Translations under genes and position numbers: made by a program
Part shown: in pieces, positions 1 to 7,717 of the stretch
Layout of the letters: every line of letters begins with the position of its first letter
How positions within the stretch are numbered: the stretch's first letter is position 1
The notes under the pieces: model-generated
Database searches by the model: none
The model's input: only the letters and a program-made list of their open reading frames with translations
What the model was told of the DNA's origin: nothing
DNA from: Gammaproteobacteria bacterium
GTDB taxonomy: Bacteria > Pseudomonadota > Gammaproteobacteria > Chromatiales > Chromatiaceae
Reading direction: 5' to 3'
Length of the DNA stretch: 64,000 bases
NCBI GenBank assembly: GCA_024510845.1
Contig: JANEMA010000007.1
Location: 514-64,513 of the forward strand

Positions 1-940
1 GATATACAAACTTACCAGACACATTGCTGGCAAATTGGGTAATTGCGTAAACACGCTGATGAACATCAAAGCGTCCGTTTATGTAGTGGAAAATACTCCC
101 GATGCCACCTTCACCAGGAACGAGGATTGCCTCGCAGGCATAAGAATAGCTATCTATTCGTTCAACTGTTTCTGATCGCACAAAAAACGGATACTGCCCT
201 CCTTCAACCTTGTCTTGGTTATTCTTGGATCCAGTCTGGATATGCGCAATATCCCCCAACCGCTTCGTTTCCCACTCGCCGCTGAAGCCCGGCAAGCGGG
301 TTTTGCCGGTGAGGAGTTGCTGCATGGCGGCGGTTTTGATGGCGCGCTTTTTGGCGATGAGCTTGTCCAGCGCGGTGATGAGGGCATCGACGTCCGACAG
401 CGCGGTGGCGATGGCGCGCTGTTCTTCGAGAGAGGGCGTTGGAACAAGTGTTTTTTTCGCGCTTTGTATCGTATAGGTTTCAACAGTGGTTCCCATTGAG
501 GAATTCTTGATCTGCTTTACTATTATGTCAGTCAAGAAAACCTGCTTTAGAAACTCTGATGAATAGCCACCTCTACTCTTCAACCAGAGAACACTCGCAT
601 CTTTGAAATAAAACATATTATCTGGCGAGACGGTATACACCTTTCCGATGGTTCCGATGCCTGTAACCAATGCATCGCCCACCTTTGGAACACCATATTT
701 AGATTTCAGCGTTAGATATAAATCTTCAGTAATGAAAAGCTCGTTATCAACCACTCCTTTTTCCGCAAGAACCGCAACTTCTCTTGCTCTATAAAATGGG
801 ACCCCTCTGGATTTCCAATCTCTCTGAAGTACTCTTTTGCTCGATATAACATCGTAATATTCATCAATACGGGCTACAACCCAATCCTCCGGAATCACCC
901 CCACCTCAGTCCGCTTGTATCCCGACGGCACTTCGTCCAA
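1..940 (-). CDS. hsdS: Type I R-M specificity subunit S (runs off the left edge; start is TTG 940 or GTG 931)
   Basis: Manual translation is open to base 1: VPSGYKRTEVGVIPEDW, TRD1 (SKRVLQRDWKSRGVPFYRARE), helical spacer EEQRAIATALSDVDALITALDKLIAKKRAIKTAAMQQLLTGKTRLPGFSGEW, then TRD2. Absent from the ORF track because it is truncated by the window edge. Confidence 0.93.
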   Translation of the reverse strand, partial: MDEVPSGYKRTEVGVIPEDWVVARIDEYYDVISSKRVLQRDWKSRGVPFYRAREVAVLAEKGVVDNELFITEDLYLTLKSKYGVPKVGDALVTGIGTIGKVYTVSPDNMFYFKDASVLWLKSRGGYSSEFLKQVFLTDIIVKQIKNSSMGTTVETYTIQSAKKTLVPTPSLEEQRAIATALSDVDALITALDKLIAKKRAIKTAAMQQLLTGKTRLPGFSGEWETKRLGDIAHIQTGSKNNQDKVEGGQYPFFVRSETVERIDSYSYACEAILVPGEGGIGSIFHYINGRFDVHQRVYAITQFASNVSGKFVY

Positions 941-971
941 TGGAGAATGGTCAATGGATAATTGATAATCA
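937..971 (+). repeat. 7-nt tandem array, inverted relative to the other arrays
   Basis: ccaatgg agaatgg tcaatgg ataattg ataatca. Confidence 0.85.
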
Positions 972-985
972 GCAGTGACCTCACG

Positions 986-1013
986 GCATTGTCCATTGTC
1001 AATTACCCATTAC
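986..1013 (-). repeat. 7-nt tandem array overlapping the stop of the four-helix-bundle gene
   Basis: + strand: gcattgt ccattgt caattac ccattac. Confidence 0.85.
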
Positions 1014-1358
1014 CTCCCTGTTTTTCTTCACAATCGCCACCAACAGCTTCAGTATCTCCGTCAAATCCGCGCCAATGGATTCCGCTCCCTTGGCATCGAT
1101 ATAACCAGTTTCTTTCAACAACTGAATCCAGTACTCCGATTCATTCGCTTCCTTGAGCGCAATCGACATCTTGTGCACGAAGTCGGCCCGGCTTTCGGCC
1201 TGATCCGCTTCCCGAATCAAGGCGCCAATCGCCGTGCCACTGCGCAACAACTGCTTGCTCAGGACATATTCCCGTCTTTCCTGCTGCACATGCTGGCACA
1301 AACGCACCACACGCACCGCAAAGGCAAACGACTTGTCCCGAACCACACTTCCCTTCAC
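999..1358 (-). CDS. Four-helix-bundle protein (TIGR02436 / 23S rRNA IVP / Avd-like family)
   Basis: KSFAFAVRVVRL...LSKQLLRSGTAIGALIREADQAESRADFVHKMSIALKEANESEYWIQLL; GGGGAG RBS before the GTG start. Confidence 0.92.
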   Translation of the reverse strand: MKGSVVRDKSFAFAVRVVRLCQHVQQERREYVLSKQLLRSGTAIGALIREADQAESRADFVHKMSIALKEANESEYWIQLLKETGYIDAKGAESIGADLTEILKLLVAIVKKNREVMGN

Positions 1359-1367
1359 AGCTCCCCG

Positions 1368-1409
1368 CCACCATCCATTGTCAATTATCCATTATCAACT
1401 ATCCATTGA
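1368..1409 (-). repeat. 7-nt tandem array (6 units) overlapping the hsdM stop
   Basis: + strand: ccaccat ccattgt caattat ccattat caactat ccattga. Confidence 0.88.
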
Positions 1410-1754
1410 GGTGAGCCCCATCCGGCGCAGGTGTTCGTCCACCTTCGCCTGCAGGCTCTCCACCTCCTGCATGATCTCCGGCAGCGGCTCGGCGTAGCGC
1501 TCCTCCAGCTCCCGGATGCGGGTGGCGAGCTGCTGGGTGACGCGCTCGATCTCACCCTGCACGGCCTGTTCGAGGGCGGCGAGCCATTTGTCGTCCACCA
1601 CCAGTTCCTTGATCTCGGCCTCGGTGAGTTGGGCGTAGTGCTTGAGCACCGCTTCGTCACGGGCCTTGATGGCCTCCTTGAGCTGCTTGTTGGCGGCGGC
1701 CTCGGCGTCGAACAGCGCCAGACAATGTTTCAAAGCCGTCATCTCCTTCGCTGT

Positions 1755-1782
1755 CCATTGCTCATTGTCCATTGTCAATTGC
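1755..1782 (-). repeat. 7-nt tandem array inside the hsdM coding tail (encodes QLTMDNEQWT)
   Basis: + strand: ccattgc tcattgt ccattgt caattgc. Confidence 0.8.
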
Positions 1783-2372
1783 CGCACCTTGGTCTTGGTG
1801 ATCTTGCCCTTGTCGGTCTTGGCCTCTTCGAGCAGGCCGTCCTCGCCTGAATGCTCTTCGATGTAGCTCTCCAGTTCCTGCGCGGCGGCGTCGGCCTCGG
1901 CCTGGAGCCGGTCGATGTGCTTTTGCTCGTCTGCGAAGTAGCGGGTAACGATGAGCGCGGGGGGGATGAGGTCGGTCTTGTATTTCTTGCGGCCGATGGT
2001 GAGGTCCGGGGTCTCCTTGTGCTTCCGACCCTTCTCGGCCACCAGCTCGCGGGGTCTGGCGGCGGCCTGCCAGCCGTCCTGGACGATGGCGTAGACGTCG
2101 TCCTGCAGGGTCTCGGCCCAGTAGTCCATGAGGTGCTGGTAGACGGCGTAGGCGTCGATGAGGGGCGCGCCTTCGAATTGTTCAAGCAGGGCCTCGGAGA
2201 GTTCGTGGATGAGCGTCTTGGGCTCGGTGTCGCCATTCAGGCCCATGAGGCCGGGCCGGTGCGGATCGCGCCAGGCGTTGAAGCGTTCGAGGATGCGCTC
2301 GCGGAAGGCGGCGAACTCGGGGTGTTCGAGGATGGTGGGCTTGATGCGCTCCGGGGGAACCCGGGGGTGGCT

Positions 2373-2402
2373 GTAGGTTGGGTTAGCGGAGCGTAACCCA
2401 AC
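2373..2402 (+). repeat. GTAG-type REP palindrome, in frame within the hsdM tail (VGLRSANPTY)
   Basis: GTAG-GTTGGGTTA-gcggagcg-TAACCCAAC. Confidence 0.85.
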
Positions 2403-2431
2403 GGGGTCGGTGGGTCGGTCGGGTTGTTGTG

Positions 2432-2469
2432 CCCTCACCCCCGGCCCCTCTCCCAAAGGGAGAGGGGAG
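2432..2469 (+). repeat. REP-like palindrome of the CCCTCACCCC..CTCTCCC..GGGAGAGG class, in frame within the hsdM tail (SPLPLGEGPGVR)
   Basis: 10-bp perfect stem CCCCTCTCCC-aaa-GGGAGAGGGG at 2445-2467. Confidence 0.85.
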
Positions 2470-2477
2470 AAAAGCGT

Positions 2478-3920
2478 CTAGCGCAGGGTTGGGAAGACCT
2501 GCCAGTAGTCTTGCAGGGCGTCGATGTCGCGGTTGGGGATGCCGCCGCTCAAGTGGGCGTGGAGGTCGTGCAGGTCCTCGGGCTCGCTGGAATCGATGTA
2601 GCGCGGGATGTTGAGGTTGTAGTCGTTGGCCTCGATCTCGCGCAGGGGCGCGAAGCGGGCGTAGCGTGGCAGTTCCTTGCGGCTGGTGAAGACGTCCACG
2701 ATCTTGTGGATGTCGCGCTCGCGCAGGCGGTTCTTGTTGCCGTCCTTCATGAAGCCCCTGGAGGCGTCGATCATGAAGATGCCGCCCCGCTGGGGATCGG
2801 CGTTGGCGGCGGCGTGTTCCTTGTCGATGACCAGGATGCAGGCGGGGATGCCGGTGCCGTAGAACAGGTTGGCGGGCAGGCCGATGATGCCACGAATGAA
2901 GCCGCGCCGGACAAGGTTGCGGCGGATATTGGCCTCGGCCCCGCCGCGGAACAGCACGCCGTGGGGCAGGATGACCGCGCCCTTGCCGGTGCTCTTGAGC
3001 GACTTGAGGATGTGCAGCAGGAAGGCGTAGTCGCCGTTCTTGACCGGCGGGATGCCGTATTCGAAGCGGCCGTATTCGTCATGCTCGGGATCGAGGCCGT
3101 TGCTCCAGGCCTTGTAGGAGAAGGGCGGATTGGCCACGGCGTAGTCGAAGGTCTTGAGGCTGCCGTCCTTCTCCTTCCAGTGCGGGTTGGCCAGGGTGTT
3201 GCCCTGCCAGATCTCGGCGGTGGGGGCGTCGTGCAGGATCCTGTTCATGCGCGCCAGGGCGGCGGTGGCGTTGTCCATCTCCTGACCGAAGATGGAGAGT
3301 CCTCGCGGGGCCTCGTGGGCCACCTTGAGCAGCAGCGAGCCGGAACCACAGGTGGGGTCGTAGACCGACTGGTCCTGGCGGGTGTCCTTGCCGACGCCGA
3401 TGACCCTGGCCAGAATCCGCGAAACCTCGGCCGGGGTGTAGAACTGCCCCTTGCTCTTGCCCGACTCGGTGGCGAAGTGGCGCATCAGGTATTCGTAGGC
3501 GTCGCCCAGCAGATCATCGCCGTCAGCGCGGTTGGCGCGCAGGTCGATGGTCTCGAAGATGGCGATGAGCTTCGAGAGCCGGTCCACCATCTCCTTGCCC
3601 TTGCCGAGCTTGTCCTCATCGTTGAAGTCGGCGACGTCGATGACGCCCTTCAGGTCGTTCTCCTCGGCCAGGCGGCCGATGATCTTGTTGATTCTGTCGC
3701 CGATCTCCTTGTCGCCCTTGAGGCGCGCCATGTCGTCGAAGGAGCCGCCCTCGGGCACCAGGATCAGCGCCCTGGGGTCGCCGGCGTACTTGTCGGAAAC
3801 GTATTTGACGAACAGCAGGGTCAGCACATAGTCCTTGTACTGGGAGGCGTCCATGCCACCGCGCAGCTCGTCGCAGGACTGCCAGAGGGAGGAGTAGAGT
3901 TCGGATTTCTTCAGGGCCAT
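2478..3920 (-). CDS. hsdM: Type I R-M DNA methyltransferase subunit M, catalytic part (480 aa, ends at an amber codon)
   Basis: MALKKSELYSSLWQSCDELRGGMDASQYKDY; GQFYTP; DPTCGSG (motif I); NPPF (motif IV); YNLNIPRYID. Confidence 0.95.
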   Translation of the reverse strand: MALKKSELYSSLWQSCDELRGGMDASQYKDYVLTLLFVKYVSDKYAGDPRALILVPEGGSFDDMARLKGDKEIGDRINKIIGRLAEENDLKGVIDVADFNDEDKLGKGKEMVDRLSKLIAIFETIDLRANRADGDDLLGDAYEYLMRHFATESGKSKGQFYTPAEVSRILARVIGVGKDTRQDQSVYDPTCGSGSLLLKVAHEAPRGLSIFGQEMDNATAALARMNRILHDAPTAEIWQGNTLANPHWKEKDGSLKTFDYAVANPPFSYKAWSNGLDPEHDEYGRFEYGIPPVKNGDYAFLLHILKSLKSTGKGAVILPHGVLFRGGAEANIRRNLVRRGFIRGIIGLPANLFYGTGIPACILVIDKEHAAANADPQRGGIFMIDASRGFMKDGNKNRLRERDIHKIVDVFTSRKELPRYARFAPLREIEANDYNLNIPRYIDSSEPEDLHDLHAHLSGGIPNRDIDALQDYWQVFPTLR

Positions 3921-4060
3921 GGTGGTTCGATCGTTGGTATGTGGGAAAAGACCGGGTCTGCAGGGCTTCGTCACGCCCGCGCTGAAACCTGGCACGAAAC
4001 CTCGTGACCACGGCAGCCCGCCATTGCGCGGGGGCTTGCCGGCGCTCCCCTCCTGCGGGG

Positions 4061-4285
4061 TCATTCCTCTTTGACACGCTGGACCGGTTCGCCGATCCCG
4101 CAATCGAAGTATTCGTACAACTCGTCCAGCACATCGGTCGTGGTGTTGTAGCCACCGGTGTTCTGGATCTTCGACAGCATCGTGCGGTGAATGCCCGTCC
4201 CCTTCGCAATCTCGTCGGGCGTTACGCGCCGCCCCACGCGAAATGGCCGGTCGGCGATCGGCTCGCGCAGGCGAAATCCCGACAT
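4061..4285 (-). CDS. Small Cro/C1-type (XRE) helix-turn-helix protein
   Basis: MSGFRLRE..RRVTPDEIAKGTGIHRTMLSKIQNTGGYNTTTDVLDELYEYFDC. Confidence 0.75.
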   Translation of the reverse strand: MSGFRLREPIADRPFRVGRRVTPDEIAKGTGIHRTMLSKIQNTGGYNTTTDVLDELYEYFDCGIGEPVQRVKEE

Positions 4286-4679
4286 TTCTTCGCGGCGGAG
4301 AAGGTGGCAGGCAAGGGAGAAGGATGTCCGGGCCGATGAGCACGCAGGCCTCGCCCCACGCGAGACCGGAGGGTGGACCCGGGGTGTCCCACCTTGTTCG
4401 ATCCTGGCGTTCTCTTCCCGTCTGTTACGCCGGCAGGATGCGGCAACCAGGTTGGCATCGATGATTCGACCCCTGCGTAACCGGTACGCCGGCAACCAGA
4501 ACCTGGCATCGAGCCCGGCCAAACAGCTCATCGACAAGATCCGCTTTACTCGATAGCTTCCCGGAACAACCGTCCAATCCGGTTCCTCATCGCGTATTCT
4601 CCGGATACACTGGCGCAGGTTGCGGGGAGAGTTCCACACGAAACGACGAAGAATCTGAATTCAGGATTCATTTTCATCG

Positions 4680-5060
4680 TTAGATATGTCGCTTTGCGAT
4701 ATATACCATTCCGTACCCTACCTCTGGTTCTCCATACAAAAGGATGTCTTCGATTGTCCCTTTCTCCACCTTGAACCACATGATGTTAGGCCAGGGTGGT
4801 ACATTGTCGTTGACCCAGCCTTGGCTCCAGCTGTCTTCCCGAAGTCCCTTGCGGCTCATCATCAGGCCCCGCGATAAGTTGGGACTACCCGCAATACCAA
4901 TCCATTCGGCATTGTCCAGGTTTTTGATCCTAGACAGGGATATCCACTGCTCGTTGCACAGATAGATGGGGAATGTTTCGATTCCGAGATTCCTCAGGTC
5001 AGGTTCCATCAGAGTCTTTAACGCATCGATCTCAATTTCTGTCTTTCTATTTTCTTTCAT
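4680..5060 (-). CDS. Hypothetical protein, AT-rich orphan (126 aa)
   Basis: ATG-started ORF with natural composition in an AT-rich patch; no recognisable motif. Confidence 0.55.
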   Translation of the reverse strand: MKENRKTEIEIDALKTLMEPDLRNLGIETFPIYLCNEQWISLSRIKNLDNAEWIGIAGSPNLSRGLMMSRKGLREDSWSQGWVNDNVPPWPNIMWFKVEKGTIEDILLYGEPEVGYGMVYIAKRHI

Positions 5061-5079
5061 TTGTGTCCCCTTCTGTGTT

Positions 5080-5638
5080 GACAGACCATTGAAAACAACC
5101 CGACCTTAGCCCGATTCGCCTGTTTCCAGGCACACCACCCTCCTCGAGCCGGGCCATCGACATGCCGCCGGCCCCGGATTGCGCATCCCAACGATGACCT
5201 TGACCCGGCCGAGGCATTCCTCGATCCGCTTGCGGATCGTCTGGCTGATCCTGCAACCGACATGAAGTGCGTCCATCGAAAAGTCAACGAACCAGCGAAA
5301 CAGCAGGTTGTGGTCGATCTGCTCCAGCGACTGACATTTGCTGCGGAGGGTGTAGAGCACCATCGGCAGCCGGGCTCGCCGCAGCTTCTCCGGCGGGGTA
5401 GCGTCATGGCCATGGTCGGAGCAGAGGGCGTTGAACTCTGCATCCAGTTCCTCCGATGCGGCATCGACCATGACACGTATCGGGCGCAACGGGTGATCCC
5501 TGGGTACCCACGATTCCTGGCTGACCGGCTGAACAGCGTCTCTTGCTGGATATCCGTGCCTCGCATCAGCAATATCACCCCAATCGATACGTTCAGGTCG
5601 ATATTGCAGAATTCCAGGGAGGGGTTCAACGACCTGTT
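5080..5638 (-). mobile_element. Internally deleted, frameshifted IS5-family element relic
   Basis: MRGTDIQQETLFS, RPIRVMVDAA...PPEKL...NLLFRWFV joined directly to the C-terminal SQTIRKRIEEC; degenerate ends ACAGACCATTGAA and TTCAACGACCTGT. Confidence 0.85.
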
Positions 5639-5755
5639 ACGACAAAGCGTGCGAGAGATCTTGCCCGGGCATGGAGAGCGTTAATCGACGCTCGTGTGCT
5701 GGCACTGTCCGGGGCACTTTATCGATAGAGCCGGAATCTCCCTCCTCACCCGGTT

Positions 5756-6748
5756 TTACCCCACCGTCTGATAGTACAGGTTCTGCGGATGCCTGGCTTC
5801 GGCAAAGAAATACCAGCGCTCGGCCAGCAGACCGGTGTACTGGGCAAGAAAGGCCAGTACCGGAAGATAACGGGACTCGAGCGTATTACTGGCCGCGAGC
5901 AGCGCTACCGGCACCGCGAACACCATCACCAGGAAGAACAGGCGTACCACCTCCACGACGGAGCTGCTCTTGCCGTGGAAGTATTCCCTGGTATTGAAGG
6001 AACCACCCATGAAACCCATAGAACGCTGGGTGATCCTGGCATGACGAATGCCCAGTGCCGAACGCATGTCGCTCTTGTGCTTGATGCGCTGATTGCGCAG
6101 CATCGACCAGAAGCGGGAGACAAAGGCCATGATGGTGAACACAACCGCCCAGGTACCGTAGAAGCCCACCAGGTCCACTCTGGTCCAGGCCGAGAAGGCT
6201 GCGGTCAGGGTAAAGCCCGAGGCCAGCCCGAAGAGAATGAAGTTCACCACCGTCAGCGGCGAGTACCATTCCTGCAGGAAGCGCAGACTGGCGTAGATCA
6301 TGGCGGTGGAGATGAACAGCGTGATTGCCATCAGCACACCCAGAGTAGCGATGATCAGGCTGGGGTCGACCGGGATCACACCCTTGATGGTGAACAGGGT
6401 GTCTGTCCATCCCATGTCGTGCACCACACCGTAGAGGAACACCAGGAACATAAAGGCCGGCAGGGCGATCAGCTCGCGCGACAGCCAGGAGGTGCGCCAC
6501 TGGGTGACACCACGCCAGGCGCGGGTGATGAAATAGCCCGGCTTGCCCAGATGGAACACTGCCGCCACCAGTCCTCCACCAAGCAGCAGCAGGGCGATCA
6601 GGCTGCCCGCCGCATAGAAGGTGACCGAGTCCTGCGGCTCGAGCAGATTGGCCATGGAATACACCTGACCGGTGACCAGAGCCATGAACATGCCCTGGGC
6701 CGCACCGATCAGTGTGGTCAGAAAGATCACGGAAAAGGCCGGATGCAT
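5756..6748 (-). CDS. soeC: Sulfite dehydrogenase membrane anchor (DmsC-type)
   Basis: MHPAFSVIFLTTLIGAAQG..SVFHLG-like AVFHLGKP..WRTSWLSRE..ERWYFFAEARHPQNLYYQ; operon context. Confidence 0.9.
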   Translation of the reverse strand: MHPAFSVIFLTTLIGAAQGMFMALVTGQVYSMANLLEPQDSVTFYAAGSLIALLLLGGGLVAAVFHLGKPGYFITRAWRGVTQWRTSWLSRELIALPAFMFLVFLYGVVHDMGWTDTLFTIKGVIPVDPSLIIATLGVLMAITLFISTAMIYASLRFLQEWYSPLTVVNFILFGLASGFTLTAAFSAWTRVDLVGFYGTWAVVFTIMAFVSRFWSMLRNQRIKHKSDMRSALGIRHARITQRSMGFMGGSFNTREYFHGKSSSVVEVVRLFFLVMVFAVPVALLAASNTLESRYLPVLAFLAQYTGLLAERWYFFAEARHPQNLYYQTVG

Positions 6749-6777
6749 TTTCGTTGCCTCTCAACAAAGTTGTCTGA

Positions 6778-6956
6778 ACCGCCAAGGACACCAAGGAACC
6801 CGGAGTCCCTCATTGTCTCTACTCCGACAGTCTCCATTCGGCATCGTGACCATCTGGAATCACGACACGCTGTCTCGAATCCGCATTCGGACATGGCCAG
6901 GCTCACAAAGGGTCCACAACCCGAACCCTTTGCGTAACCTTCGCGTCCTTTGCGGT
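6778..6956. repeat. ~180-bp insert bounded by imperfect inverted arms built of ~9-nt repeats
   Basis: Left arm ACCGCCAAGGACACCAAGG vs reverse complement of right arm ACCGCAAAGGACGCGAAGG (16/19 identical). Confidence 0.65.
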
Positions 6957-6972
6957 CGATAATCACTCAAAC

Positions 6973-7695
6973 TCAGAATGTAACGTCGTCCAGGGTATCG
7001 CCCAGTGCCGCTGGCAGCGGGTGCTCCTTGTCGAGCGGGTTGTCCACGCGTTCCAGTTCATCCTCGAAGATCTGGATGCGGGTCTTGTGCCGCGGCAGGT
7101 AGTGATTGGCCGGCTGGGTACCCCACTCGGGCATCAGCTGGTAACCACCACGCTCGCGGATCGCCACCGAGACTTCGGAGTCGGAATCGTGTACGTCACC
7201 GAACAGGCGTGCACTGGTCGGACAGGCGAGTACACAGGCCGGCTTGCGCTCGGACTCGGGCTTGCTCCGATCGGTGATGCGATCGATACACAGGGTGCAT
7301 TTCTTCATCACCTTCTGCATCTCGTCGAGTTCACGCACACCGTAGGGACAGGCCCAGGAGCAATACTTGCAGCCGATGCACTTGTCGTAATCGACCAGCA
7401 CCACGCCGTTGTCCTTGCGCTTGTACGAGGCCCCGGTGGGACAGACGGGCACACAGGGCGGTTCTTCGCAGTGCAGGCAGCTCTTGGGAAAGTGCACCGT
7501 CTCGGTGTTCGGATATTCTCCTACCTCGAAGGTCTGCACCCGGTTGAAAAAGGTGCCGGTGGGATCGGCATCATAGGGACGCTGATTCACCATGGGGCCC
7601 GCCCAGCCGGAGGTATTCCACTCCTTGCACGAGGTCACACAGGCATGGCAGCCCACACAGACGTTCAGATCGATGACCAAAGCCAGTTGTGTCAT
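6973..7695 (-). CDS. soeB: Sulfite dehydrogenase Fe-S subunit
   Basis: CVGCHACVTSC, CLHCEEPPCVPVCPTGA, CIGCKYCSWACPYG, CTLC..PACVLACP. Confidence 0.92.
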   Translation of the reverse strand: MTQLALVIDLNVCVGCHACVTSCKEWNTSGWAGPMVNQRPYDADPTGTFFNRVQTFEVGEYPNTETVHFPKSCLHCEEPPCVPVCPTGASYKRKDNGVVLVDYDKCIGCKYCSWACPYGVRELDEMQKVMKKCTLCIDRITDRSKPESERKPACVLACPTSARLFGDVHDSDSEVSVAIRERGGYQLMPEWGTQPANHYLPRHKTRIQIFEDELERVDNPLDKEHPLPAALGDTLDDVTF

Positions 7696-7717
7696 GTCTT
7701 CTCTCTCCCACCAGGCA

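Larger units (their letters stand above)
1395..2477 (-). pseudogene. hsdM: C-terminal extension of the long-form HsdM, in frame with hsdM but separated by one TAG
   Basis: Same frame as 2478..3920 (PTLR*TLFSPLPLGEG...). Contains IKPTILEHPEF, IDAYAVYQHLMDYWAETLQDDVY and EIKELVVDDKWL...ERYAEPLP, typical of ~800-aa HsdM tails. Confidence 0.8.

Noticed and set aside
937-1409. CRISPR array or complete diversity-generating retroelement
   Set aside because: The repeats are 7-nt tandem units without spacers; there is no reverse transcriptase, template/variable repeat pair or cas gene in the window.
2478-2480. Pyrrolysine or selenocysteine recoding of the hsdM stop
   Set aside because: The codon is UAG rather than UGA, no pyl genes are visible, and the downstream hairpin is explained as a REP-class repeat.
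2424-4007. Long antisense ORFs (also 8939-10720, 13542-15401, 39887-41539, 44409-46511, 60536-62140)
   Set aside because: Shadow frames opposite well-supported genes in GC-rich DNA; no motifs.
3921-4343. 140-aa N-terminal extension of HsdM in the ORF track
   Set aside because: The family start is MALKKSELY at 3920; the upstream part overlaps the HTH gene in another frame.
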